A stretch of 10,646 bases of DNA from a bacterium (GCA_046757025.1 JBHHXN010000180.1:1-10646); one strand, 5' to 3'. Shown: positions 1 to 7,151, counted from the first letter of the stretch. Notes: generated by a model from the sequence alone, not told the origin. Numbers and translations: made by a program.

Positions 1-2
1 TC

Positions 3-593
3 ACCATTTTACCGACCTGGTTTGGTTTGGCAGGTACGGCAGTGGAGGTAACCATCGGTCAGATTGCAGAAAGCGTCTTCATATACCTGGGTATTCCTTT
101 TCTGGCCGGCATCGTTACACGGTTTTCGCTTATTAAAATCAAGAATAAAGATTGGTATCACAGTAAATTCATCCCAAAAATCAGTCCCATCACGCTCATT
201 GCTTTGCTATTCACCATCATTGTGATGTTTTCTTTAAAGGGGGAATTTATCGTAAAGATTCCGTTGGACGTGGTGCGAATCGCTATTCCGCTGCTCATCT
301 ACTTTGTGGTGATGTTTCTCATCTCTTTTTACATGGGTCGAAAAGTCGGCGCGGATTATTCGAAAACCGCCACGCTTTCTTTTACAGCCGCCAGCAACAA
401 TTTTGAATTAGCAATTGCCGTCGCGATTGCGGTTTTTGGAATAAATTCCGGAGAAGCCTTTGCTGCGGTCATCGGACCGCTGGTGGAGGTACCGGTGCTT
501 ATCAGTTTGGTGAATGTGGCACTGAGGTTTCAGAAACGATATTTTATAACGGTTGAAGCCGGCATCGTGACAGCGTCCGATGTGTGTCCATAA
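3..593 (+). CDS. acr3: Acr3-family arsenite efflux transporter, 5'-truncated by the window edge
   Basis: The frame is open from position 3 ([11 protein letters not shown]...), so the TTG at 27 is not the true start. It contains the Acr3 signatures [15 protein letters not shown] and GPLVEVPVL plus several hydrophobic helices. Stop TAA at 591-593. Confidence 0.95.
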   Translation, partial: TILPTWFGLAGTAVEVTIGQIAESVFIYLGIPFLAGIVTRFSLIKIKNKDWYHSKFIPKISPITLIALLFTIIVMFSLKGEFIVKIPLDVVRIAIPLLIYFVVMFLISFYMGRKVGADYSKTATLSFTAASNNFELAIAVAIAVFGINSGEAFAAVIGPLVEVPVLISLVNVALRFQKRYFITVEAGIVTASDVCP

Positions 594-643
594 TTCGTGT
601 CTGAACGTAAACTATAGAAATGCGCTAGTTAAGAACCTCTTCG

Positions 644-864
644 TACGGCTATCCAGTTAACTCAGCTTGAACTTATAAAAGCTCTTTTCGATTGATATAA
701 ACCTTAATCGTCATGCCCGCGAAGGCGGGCATCCAGAGGTTTCGACCGCCTCAAATCTTTGTTTCTAAATGGATTCCCGCTTTCGCGGGAATGACTGACT
801 ATAGCATTCTTTAAAATACTGAATTCAGTAATAACCCCGTTTCTGAGCTAACTGGATAGCCGTA
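644..864. mobile_element. Non-autonomous MITE-like element (221 bp) with 22-bp TIRs and 9-bp target-site duplication
   Basis: Left end 644-665 TACGGCTATCCAGTTAACTCAG. Right end 843-864 CTGAGCTAACTGGATAGCCGTA, whose reverse complement matches 21/22. The direct repeat ACCTCTTCG lies immediately outside both ends (635-643 and 865-873). Too short to encode a transposase. Confidence 0.88.
710..795. repeat. Inverted pair of dRS3/REP-like palindromes (REPIN-like doublet)
   Basis: 710-735 GTCATGCCCGCGAAGGCGGGCATCCA and 770-795 TGGATTCCCGCTTTCGCGGGAATGAC (revcomp GTCATTCCCGCGAAAGCGGGAATCCA) are 23/26 identical. Each forms an 8-bp stem with a 4-nt loop and resembles the ATTCCC-N8-GGGAAT repeat class. 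Confidence 0.85.
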
Positions 865-880
865 ACCTCTTCGCGAAGGC

Positions 881-903
881 GTCCATTCGACAAAGCTCAG
901 GAC
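881..903. repeat. Short REP-like element of the TTCGAC...GCTCAGG type
   Basis: GTCC-ATTCGACAAAGCTCA-GGAC has complementary GTCC/GGAC ends. It resembles a widespread intergenic repeat (CCTTCGACAAGCTCAGG-like) recalled from memory. Single copy in the window. Confidence 0.4.
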
Positions 904-1056
904 ATGCCCCGCCAAGCCAGGTATGAATTCACCCTCGGGCAGGCGGCCTTCGGGAAGAACGGGTCGTTTACGTTCAATCACTATTCAGGGCCTAATGTCG
1001 CCTCACCACCGCGAGCCGGCGTTCGGGAATTCAGATATTTCAGATAAATATAAAAG

Positions 1057-1992
1057 TCAAAGCAGAGCCTGCTTCAGCAGCCAGCGCCTTAAAAGCGGCT
1101 CGCGTCGATTCATCGCCTGGAGAAGTTCGGGCAGTTTCGCCCGAGTTGCCTGCTCACCGCTCTCAATGAATTCCTCGATACGGCTGAAGTCGGCCCAGTG
1201 ACTGTGGCGCACTTCTTCGGGCCGAATCACGATTTCGGCACGTTCTAAATGCAGTTCGTTGAGCCGGGACATGGTAATTTCTTCTGCCCGAAAGATGTAG
1301 TCAAGCGCCAGCCGCTGCGGGTACTCCGCCCGAATGTGCCGGCTGACATCTACTGCCGCCACCACTTCCTGGTGTTTGTCCGTGCCAATTACCGGCACCG
1401 CGTTGAGGACGGCGCCGTCAATCAAACGCATTCCTTGACACTCCACCGGCGAAATTAACCCAGGAATGGCTGAGCTGGCGGCCACCGCACAAATGAGATT
1501 GCCGCGCTCGAGGAGGACGTCTTCGCCGGTATCGACGTTGACGGCCGCGATCCGCAGCGGCAGTCGCAAGTCCTCTATGTTGGCGTCTTCGAAGAGCTCG
1601 TGCAGCAAATCGATGAAGCGCTGAGCCGGAAAGATCGACTCCGCAATTAAGACTTTAGTAAAAGTGAGGCGTGATTTCAAGTAATTGAACAGGTTTTCGA
1701 TTTTTTCCCAATATGAGCGGCCGCCGTTCTGTTCTTCTTTGAACAAATCCAAGCCAAACTGACGGAAACGCTCGCTGTGGATGAAAGCGTGCATTTTTTC
1801 GTAAACGGCCTGGGCGCGGCCGGTCTGAGCGTACAGCGCCGCGATTACCGCGCCGCCGCTGGTGCCGCTAAGCCGGCCGATGGGTAACTTCGCCTCCTCG
1901 ATGGCTTTCAAAACTCCGATATGAGCTAACCCGCGGGCGCCGCCCCCGCGCAGCGCCAAGTGTAGTTTTCTCTTTGGTTTCATTCGATTCAT
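1057..1992 (-). CDS. Patatin-like phospholipase (RssA/NTE family)
   Basis: Oxyanion motif GGGARGLAHIGVL, nucleophile elbow GTSGG (GxSxG), ASSAIPG and catalytic DGA. Start placed at ATG 1992 (AAAGG upstream); ATG 1983 is an alternative, and the ORF-track start at 2019 is a TTG. Confidence 0.92.
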   Translation of the reverse strand: MNRMKPKRKLHLALRGGGARGLAHIGVLKAIEEAKLPIGRLSGTSGGAVIAALYAQTGRAQAVYEKMHAFIHSERFRQFGLDLFKEEQNGGRSYWEKIENLFNYLKSRLTFTKVLIAESIFPAQRFIDLLHELFEDANIEDLRLPLRIAAVNVDTGEDVLLERGNLICAVAASSAIPGLISPVECQGMRLIDGAVLNAVPVIGTDKHQEVVAAVDVSRHIRAEYPQRLALDYIFRAEEITMSRLNELHLERAEIVIRPEEVRHSHWADFSRIEEFIESGEQATRAKLPELLQAMNRREPLLRRWLLKQALL

Positions 1993-2070
1993 TTCTTCGG
2001 TGCCTTTCGTGAAAAACAACGCTACGTTATGTTGTATATGGCTCCGCTTACAGATTTATGCATGAAGATG

Positions 2071-2099
2071 AATATATGAAATGAAAACCAGATAAGCAA
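2071..2099 (-). promoter_or_regulatory. Putative sigma70 promoter of the patatin gene
   Basis: Minus strand TTGCTT (2099-2094) - 17 bp - TATATT (2076-2071), about 80 bp upstream of the start. Confidence 0.5.
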
Positions 2100-2320
2100 A
2101 AGGTATCCATTCAGTGCGATGACTTTCAAGTCCAGAGTGTGAGTGGCTAAAATGAAAATTGAATCGCTTTTGCACTGTTAAGCGGTCGGGGAAAGGTTTG
2201 ACGATCAAGTTGAGGACGAGCAAATTAGGTTAGCCCGAAGCAATCATGGTTTTTTCATCCGTGCTTGGAAAATGGATTTAAAAGAGGATTTCTCGAATTA
2301 CAAAGATATTCAAAAGGCTC

Positions 2321-2516
2321 TCATTCGACTCCATCTACGAAGATGCTGCCGGCGTCGGCAAGCTCAAAACGCCCCTTTTTTGTTCAACAACTCCAGCGCC
2401 AACGGCGGTCTCTCCACTGCCAAGGTTTGGTAGCCCAATTCAACAAGGTCGTCCTGGAGTTCGACCCACTGTATTTCTTCATCTTCGATTATTAAAATTA
2501 TTAGAAGTTGGCTTAT
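2321..2516 (-). pseudogene. Remnant of an NtrC-family sigma54-dependent response regulator (receiver N-terminus joined to an AAA+ fragment)
   Basis: 2516-2364 translates ISQLLIILIIEDEEIQWVELQDDLVELGYQTLAVERPPLALELLNKKGAF*, which looks like receiver beta1-alpha2. After a 1-nt shift in the A6G4 run, 2380-2321 translates KKGRFELADAGSIFVDGVE*, matching the KGRFELADGGTLFLDE segment of sigma54 activators. There is no ATG start. Confidence 0.8.
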
Positions 2517-3151
2517 ACAGGTTTTTTGGTTTTTGGGTTGATTGTTTTCTTTAAAATGGCTTGCGCTCGTTGCAGTTCCTGTTTTGTGTTGACATTCATG
2601 AACAGAGTCGGTTCATAAAATACCTGTTCTGGATTCAGACGAACGATGCGTGTATTCACTTTGTCATATAATTTGAAGACGCTGAGCTGGCCTGCATCGA
2701 TTTGTTGCCGGATTATTTCCAAACAGCGTTTGCTGTAAACCGCACACAGCGGCTCCAAACCCGTCTCCGATTCAAACACCAGAACGTCATTTTGCGTACT
2801 GTTTTCATATAAAAATTGCAGAAGCTGTGGGGTAACAAAAGGTAAATCGCACGCCAGCACCAGACAATGCTCGTGTTTGGCGTGCAGTAAAGCCGTGTAA
2901 ATTCCTCCCAGGGGGCCGCGATTTTTCACGGCGTCGGGATGCACAGGTAAGTCCAGAAACGCATACGCGCTCGTCTGATTGCTGATGATCATGACGTCCT
3001 GTGCCTGACTTTGCACGGTATCCGTCACCCGCTGAATCATGGCTTTGCCGCCAATGCGGATGAGCGCTTTATTTTGCCCCATACGGGTAGATTTTCCGCC
3101 GGCTAAAATCGCGACAGAAATGTTGTCTAAAGGTTTGATTTTTGCCATCAT
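2513..3151 (-). CDS. mobA: Molybdenum cofactor guanylyltransferase
   Basis: ILAGGKSTRMGQNKAL nucleotide-binding loop, GPLGGI, LACDLP, EPLCAVY and FMNVNT motifs; 212 aa. Confidence 0.93.
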   Translation of the reverse strand: MMAKIKPLDNISVAILAGGKSTRMGQNKALIRIGGKAMIQRVTDTVQSQAQDVMIISNQTSAYAFLDLPVHPDAVKNRGPLGGIYTALLHAKHEHCLVLACDLPFVTPQLLQFLYENSTQNDVLVFESETGLEPLCAVYSKRCLEIIRQQIDAGQLSVFKLYDKVNTRIVRLNPEQVFYEPTLFMNVNTKQELQRAQAILKKTINPKTKKPV

Positions 3152-3180
3152 ATTCTCTTTTGATAATTTGATTCTAAATT

Positions 3181-4164
3181 TTACAGATGATTTAGAAGCA
3201 TAAGCTCTTTCGGGTGCGGATTAATATAAACTTGGTCCTGGATATATGGCACATCGAATTTATGAATATAATGTCTCATCAGGGTGAGCGGAACAATTAA
3301 CGGCAGCAGACCCAGACGATAATCTTTGATGGTTTCTAACAGCTCCCTTTTGTCTTTTGCATCCATCTGCTTTTTGAAGAAGCTGAGAATATACTGCAAA
3401 ACGCTGGCGTGTTTACGCGGCGTGGTTTTTCTCTGCAGTCCGTCAAAAAAAAATTGTGCATAGGCATCTTTAAGTTGCTTTGTTTGATATGTTGGCGCTT
3501 CCGCCACCAATCTAGTCAGCGCCCGTAAGTGAATTTTGCTGCGCGCCATTATCAGAAATGTATGCCGGTTGTGAAATTGCACGAGCTTTTCGGTTGCATA
3601 TTTGTCTTCGAGCATTTTTTGCCAGCGGAAATAGCAGAAGACTCGGACGATGAAATTTTCCCGCAGTCGCATGTCGTTGAGTCTATCTTCTTCTTCCACC
3701 GGCAGGTAGGGCATATTTTGCATGAGCGTTCTGGCAAAAATGCCGACGCCGTGTCGGGAGAGCTTGCCGGTGTCATGGTAAATCCGTACTCTTTTCATGC
3801 CGCAGCTCGGCGAGTTTTTTTTGAAGATGTAACCGTTCAAATTGAGAGTTTGCAGTTCCCGGACTTTTTTATCGGCATAAGTGTACATTTTCTCGCTGTG
3901 ATCGACGTTGGTGTTGCCGGTGACCAACGCCGGTTTGGCGGCATCGCCCACGAGCCGCAGCGATTCCCTCGGGGTACCCAAACCGATGTCCACTTCAGGA
4001 CAAACCGCCACCCATTCAAAAAAATCGGACAGCGTATTCACCACGTAATCGTTCTTTTTGTTTCCGCCATCGAACCGCACTTTTTCTCCCAGCAAACAAG
4101 TGCTGATGCCGATGCGGATTTTTTCTTGCTGATTGTTTATTTTAGATGGCAAATAATATCTCAT
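3181..4164 (-). CDS. DUF523 (TudS-like thiouracil desulfidase) + DUF1722 (YbgA) fusion, RudS-like Fe-S protein
   Basis: IGISTCLLGEKVRFDGG, CPEV.IGLGTPRE and KKNSPSCG supply the three TudS-type cysteines. The C-terminal region LVQFH...PLIVPLTL...QVYINPHP is typical of DUF1722; 327 aa. Confidence 0.9.
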   Translation of the reverse strand: MRYYLPSKINNQQEKIRIGISTCLLGEKVRFDGGNKKNDYVVNTLSDFFEWVAVCPEVDIGLGTPRESLRLVGDAAKPALVTGNTNVDHSEKMYTYADKKVRELQTLNLNGYIFKKNSPSCGMKRVRIYHDTGKLSRHGVGIFARTLMQNMPYLPVEEEDRLNDMRLRENFIVRVFCYFRWQKMLEDKYATEKLVQFHNRHTFLIMARSKIHLRALTRLVAEAPTYQTKQLKDAYAQFFFDGLQRKTTPRKHASVLQYILSFFKKQMDAKDKRELLETIKDYRLGLLPLIVPLTLMRHYIHKFDVPYIQDQVYINPHPKELMLLNHL

Positions 4165-4212
4165 TTGTTTGCAAACAAAGCCGCAAGTTCATCAATCAGG
4201 ATAGAATGGATG

Positions 4213-4695
4213 TTATTTCGAGAAACCATTGGATTTAAACGACAGCTTGCGCACTAATGGCAAAAGCGTTCGGTAGAGAACGAAAATCAATATCGGGGCC
4301 ACAAGACACCAAACAACCATCGCTGCCAGAGTCGTATCCCACAAATAGTTGATGGCGCTCCAGGCATCTTCTTTGATCATAGTTATGATTGCTGTAGCGG
4401 ACAGCGGCAGCGGCTCCAGTTGGAAAAGCCATTCCCCAGCCCGGTAAAACGGAATCAGCAAGATGATCTGCAAGGGATAGACCAGGTAATTCACTAATTG
4501 AATGGCCGGTAAATTGAGATGTAAAATCAGGGCCGCAGCCGTGCACAGAATGGTAGTTGAACCGATTACGGGAAACAATCCGAGCGCGATGCCGAATGCG
4601 ATGCTCAACACCAGTTTTTCGGGTGTGAGTCCCTGTTTTAATAAAGCCTTTATCGGTTCAATGATCTTTTTGTGCCAGTAATCTGTTGATTTCAT
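4213..4695 (-). CDS. DUF2062-family membrane protein
   Basis: TPEKLVLSIAFGIALGLFPVIG, LNLPAIQLVNYLVYPLQ and PFYRAGEW patterns with 3-4 hydrophobic segments; 160 aa. Confidence 0.85.
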   Translation of the reverse strand: MKSTDYWHKKIIEPIKALLKQGLTPEKLVLSIAFGIALGLFPVIGSTTILCTAAALILHLNLPAIQLVNYLVYPLQIILLIPFYRAGEWLFQLEPLPLSATAIITMIKEDAWSAINYLWDTTLAAMVVWCLVAPILIFVLYRTLLPLVRKLSFKSNGFSK

Positions 4696-4734
4696 AAGGC
4701 TAAATTAAAATGCTGGTAACTCTTCTCAAATTAA

Positions 4735-4763
4735 ACTATAAAGAAAATTGCATCCAATTTCAA
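4735..4763 (-). promoter_or_regulatory. Putative sigma70 promoter for the DUF2062 / DUF523-DUF1722 / mobA unit
   Basis: Minus strand TTGAAA (4763-4758) - 17 bp - TATAGT (4740-4735), 40 bp upstream of the ATG at 4695. Confidence 0.6.
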
Positions 4764-4835
4764 GGGAAGATTATTTCTACACAGGAGACTTTGTTTGCCG
4801 GAATTTTTGGGGGCAGCCATATATCGCTTAATATT

Positions 4836-5705
4836 TCAATTGCATAAGCGGTTTAGGAGGACGATGTTTTGCGGGTAGTCCACTGTTAACACGAACTTTG
4901 ATAAAATATCCGAACCCAGGCCCAGCTGGATGGGCTGCGGTAATCCCTTGCTGATGCCCTGGAAGCTTTTGACTTTGGCCGAAGCAACGGTAAAACGAAA
5001 GTCCCCGAGCCGGATTTCTTCGATTTGGAAGCCGTTAGCCGCACTTTGTAATTGGAGCGTTTCGGCAAGTGCGGGATGCACCACCGTGCGACTCTTGCCG
5101 GTGTCGATTTCCATGAGCACTTTTTTCCGATTCACAAATCCATACACCAAAATGAGGCCGGCGAATTCCGGCGAACGCACCATGAGAAGTGCGTTTTCCA
5201 TGCTATTGGGTGGTGGTATGGGGGAGGAGGATACGGCGAGAAGCTTGTTGCGATAATCCAAAGTGAACCGTTTTCCCAGTACAAATCGCGGCCCGAAGAG
5301 CCCATTCAGCTTGGGGTTCGTGAATTCGCGTGCCCGCACATTTTGCCATTTTTTGTGGAAAACAAATAATGAGTCGATACGGAACGTGCGAAACGTGCCG
5401 ATGACATTTCCAGCTGAATCGTAGCTTTTGCTTTCGCCCGTTACGGGCAATTGCCACCGGTCTGCTAGCTCTCGCGACAGCGTCAGTTCACTCATGTTGC
5501 CCGTATCCCAGACCAGATTCACCGCCGCCGAGTTTATTTTAACCGATACGTACGGATAACCAAAATCACCGATTTCTACAGGAAACACTTCACCTGATTG
5601 ATAATGAAATCGCTGCAGCCACTCGCTTTCTGAATGAGGCTGGTTGCAGCCCATCAAAATGAACAAGCTCAGCCATTGGAGACTGTGAGTCAATTTCATG
5701 TTCAT
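4836..5705 (-). CDS. Tandem retropepsin-like aspartyl protease, predicted lipoprotein
   Basis: Two catalytic-type motifs, LVWDTG and MEIDTG, each followed by a hydrophobic-Gly motif (NGLFG, LGLGSD) and a TLDY/TVDY strand. The N-terminal signal ends in the lipobox-like LMGC. The start overlaps the upstream stop (ATGA, 5705-5702). Confidence 0.82.
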   Translation of the reverse strand: MNMKLTHSLQWLSLFILMGCNQPHSESEWLQRFHYQSGEVFPVEIGDFGYPYVSVKINSAAVNLVWDTGNMSELTLSRELADRWQLPVTGESKSYDSAGNVIGTFRTFRIDSLFVFHKKWQNVRAREFTNPKLNGLFGPRFVLGKRFTLDYRNKLLAVSSSPIPPPNSMENALLMVRSPEFAGLILVYGFVNRKKVLMEIDTGKSRTVVHPALAETLQLQSAANGFQIEEIRLGDFRFTVASAKVKSFQGISKGLPQPIQLGLGSDILSKFVLTVDYPQNIVLLNRLCN

Positions 5706-6157
5706 ATTGGTTTAACGGACGAATGCTTTTTAGTCGATTTCACGCGATTGCAGTGTTCCAGATAACTAAACCGGGAATGGCGGAAAATGTCGAACACACC
5801 TTCGCCATCTTTCTTTTGATGGATGATGGCATAGGTGAGATACGCTTTGTGTTTTTTGATTTGCGTGAAAATATTTTGAACCTGATCGAAATTTGAGGCA
5901 TCGACTACGAAACAAAACATGCACTCCACGCTGCCATCATTCGGGTTTTGCCAAAGGATCGTTTGCGGTTCGACTGTTTTCTGCTCATATCCTTTCTCAA
6001 TTGCCTGTTCGCTGAAAACCGGCACAATTTCGTCAAAAGTGGAATCGAAAGTACGTCCCCATCTTCGTTCATATTTTCTTTCCAAAGGATAAAACATCTG
6101 GAATAGCTCTAACCGTTTTTGCACGTTCTCGGGCACGGCCTCTCCTGAAGGATTCAT
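5702..6157 (-). CDS. Hypothetical protein (151 aa, soluble)
   Basis: ATG-initiated ORF filling the gap between two genes in the same orientation, with a 4-bp ATGA overlap with the protease gene. No family recognised; contains CMFC. Confidence 0.72.
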   Translation of the reverse strand: MNPSGEAVPENVQKRLELFQMFYPLERKYERRWGRTFDSTFDEIVPVFSEQAIEKGYEQKTVEPQTILWQNPNDGSVECMFCFVVDASNFDQVQNIFTQIKKHKAYLTYAIIHQKKDGEGVFDIFRHSRFSYLEHCNRVKSTKKHSSVKPI

Positions 6158-6254
6158 ATCGCTTTACCCAATTTTGTCTATTTTTGTACGGGCGTTATTT
6201 GGTTCAACCAAGTATTTTTTAATTCCATTTAGGAAATACGCCAGAATCAGCACA

Positions 6255-7022
6255 TCAAAAACGATTGCTCAAGCCGGCTCCCAGAAAAAAATCGGGTGCT
6301 GAATCCGTGAATCCCACGCCGCCATGCAAGTCTAATTGTAGCGTGGAATTCACCAGATAAGAATAGCCGTGATGCAGCAAAACGAACGCGGTGCCTTCCT
6401 CTGGAATGGTTACGGCCAGCTCGCCGAACGAACCAATTTTGTCGCTGAGGGACGTGCTCAAAACAACCGTTCCACCCCAAACGAAGCGGCGGTGATCGTC
6501 TTCACTGGCGCTGGCCAGAACGAGCTGCGTGCCCAGGGACCACGCCGCGTTCAGCTCGCGTCCTGCCACAATTATGAGTTCGGGATCCACCGTGTCGCTG
6601 GTCAGGTCATCGTGGCCGGATGGCAGCGACAGCGTCAAAATGCCAGCCAGATCCCAGTCACCCGCTAGCGGTCCAAATTGCACTTTGGCGCCGATGGAGC
6701 TGTCACCAAAACCGGCTGGTCCGCCGGCTTTTTTGAATTTGATGTAATCCGGCAATCCCAACCGCAGCTCCACGCGCGGTCGAAATGACCACCGCAAAAG
6801 CAGCTCAGGGAGAGTAAAATTATCATCGGCCCGCGGGCCCAACTCCAGAGTACCGCCGCCTTCAAACTGAACCGCACCCGTGGGCACCACCACGGCGCTT
6901 TCGGTGAAGTCGGGTCGATCGGTGACGATTTCGGATTCCAGGTCGGTTGTTTGGGTATACCCAAGAAAAGTGGGTACGCATGCGGCTGTGAAAATCAACA
7001 GCAGCAATCTATAATTAAACAT
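6255..7022 (-). CDS. Outer-membrane beta-barrel 'transporter' (Phenol_MetA_deg / CoxB-SphA-like family)
   Basis: Signal peptide, N-terminal TDRPDFTESAVVVP.G..QFE motif, GFGDSSIGAK, amphipathic beta strands and a C-terminal Phe (LSNRF). RBS AAAGGAG at 7036-7030. Confidence 0.85.
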   Translation of the reverse strand: MFNYRLLLLIFTAACVPTFLGYTQTTDLESEIVTDRPDFTESAVVVPTGAVQFEGGGTLELGPRADDNFTLPELLLRWSFRPRVELRLGLPDYIKFKKAGGPAGFGDSSIGAKVQFGPLAGDWDLAGILTLSLPSGHDDLTSDTVDPELIIVAGRELNAAWSLGTQLVLASASEDDHRRFVWGGTVVLSTSLSDKIGSFGELAVTIPEEGTAFVLLHHGYSYLVNSTLQLDLHGGVGFTDSAPDFFLGAGLSNRF

Positions 7023-7122
7023 GGTTTGACTCCTTTCATGAAATTACTAAAACGAAGGACACATCGGCTTGCAAGGGGGGGTAGATTCGACGACCAACAG
7101 ACTGCCAAGCCGGGCTGTGCGC

Positions 7123-7151
7123 AATTTACAAAAGCGAAAATTTAATTGCAA
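7123..7151 (-). promoter_or_regulatory. Putative sigma70 promoter of the beta-barrel gene
   Basis: Minus strand TTGCAA (7151-7146) - 17 bp - TAAATT (7128-7123). Confidence 0.5.

Noticed and set aside
923..1201. 92-aa plus-strand ORF
   Set aside because: Ser/Arg-rich low-information translation, half of it antisense to the patatin gene.
2265..2495. 76-aa plus-strand ORF
   Set aside because: It lies antisense to the recognisable NtrC remnant; TTG start and no motifs.
3529..4257. 242-aa plus-strand ORF
   Set aside because: Antisense shadow of the DUF523-DUF1722 gene with no recognisable motifs.
4836..7022. Integron cassette array for the co-oriented unrelated genes
   Set aside because: I found no attC-like RYYYAAC...GTTRRRY palindromes between the genes, and two of them overlap by ATGA.
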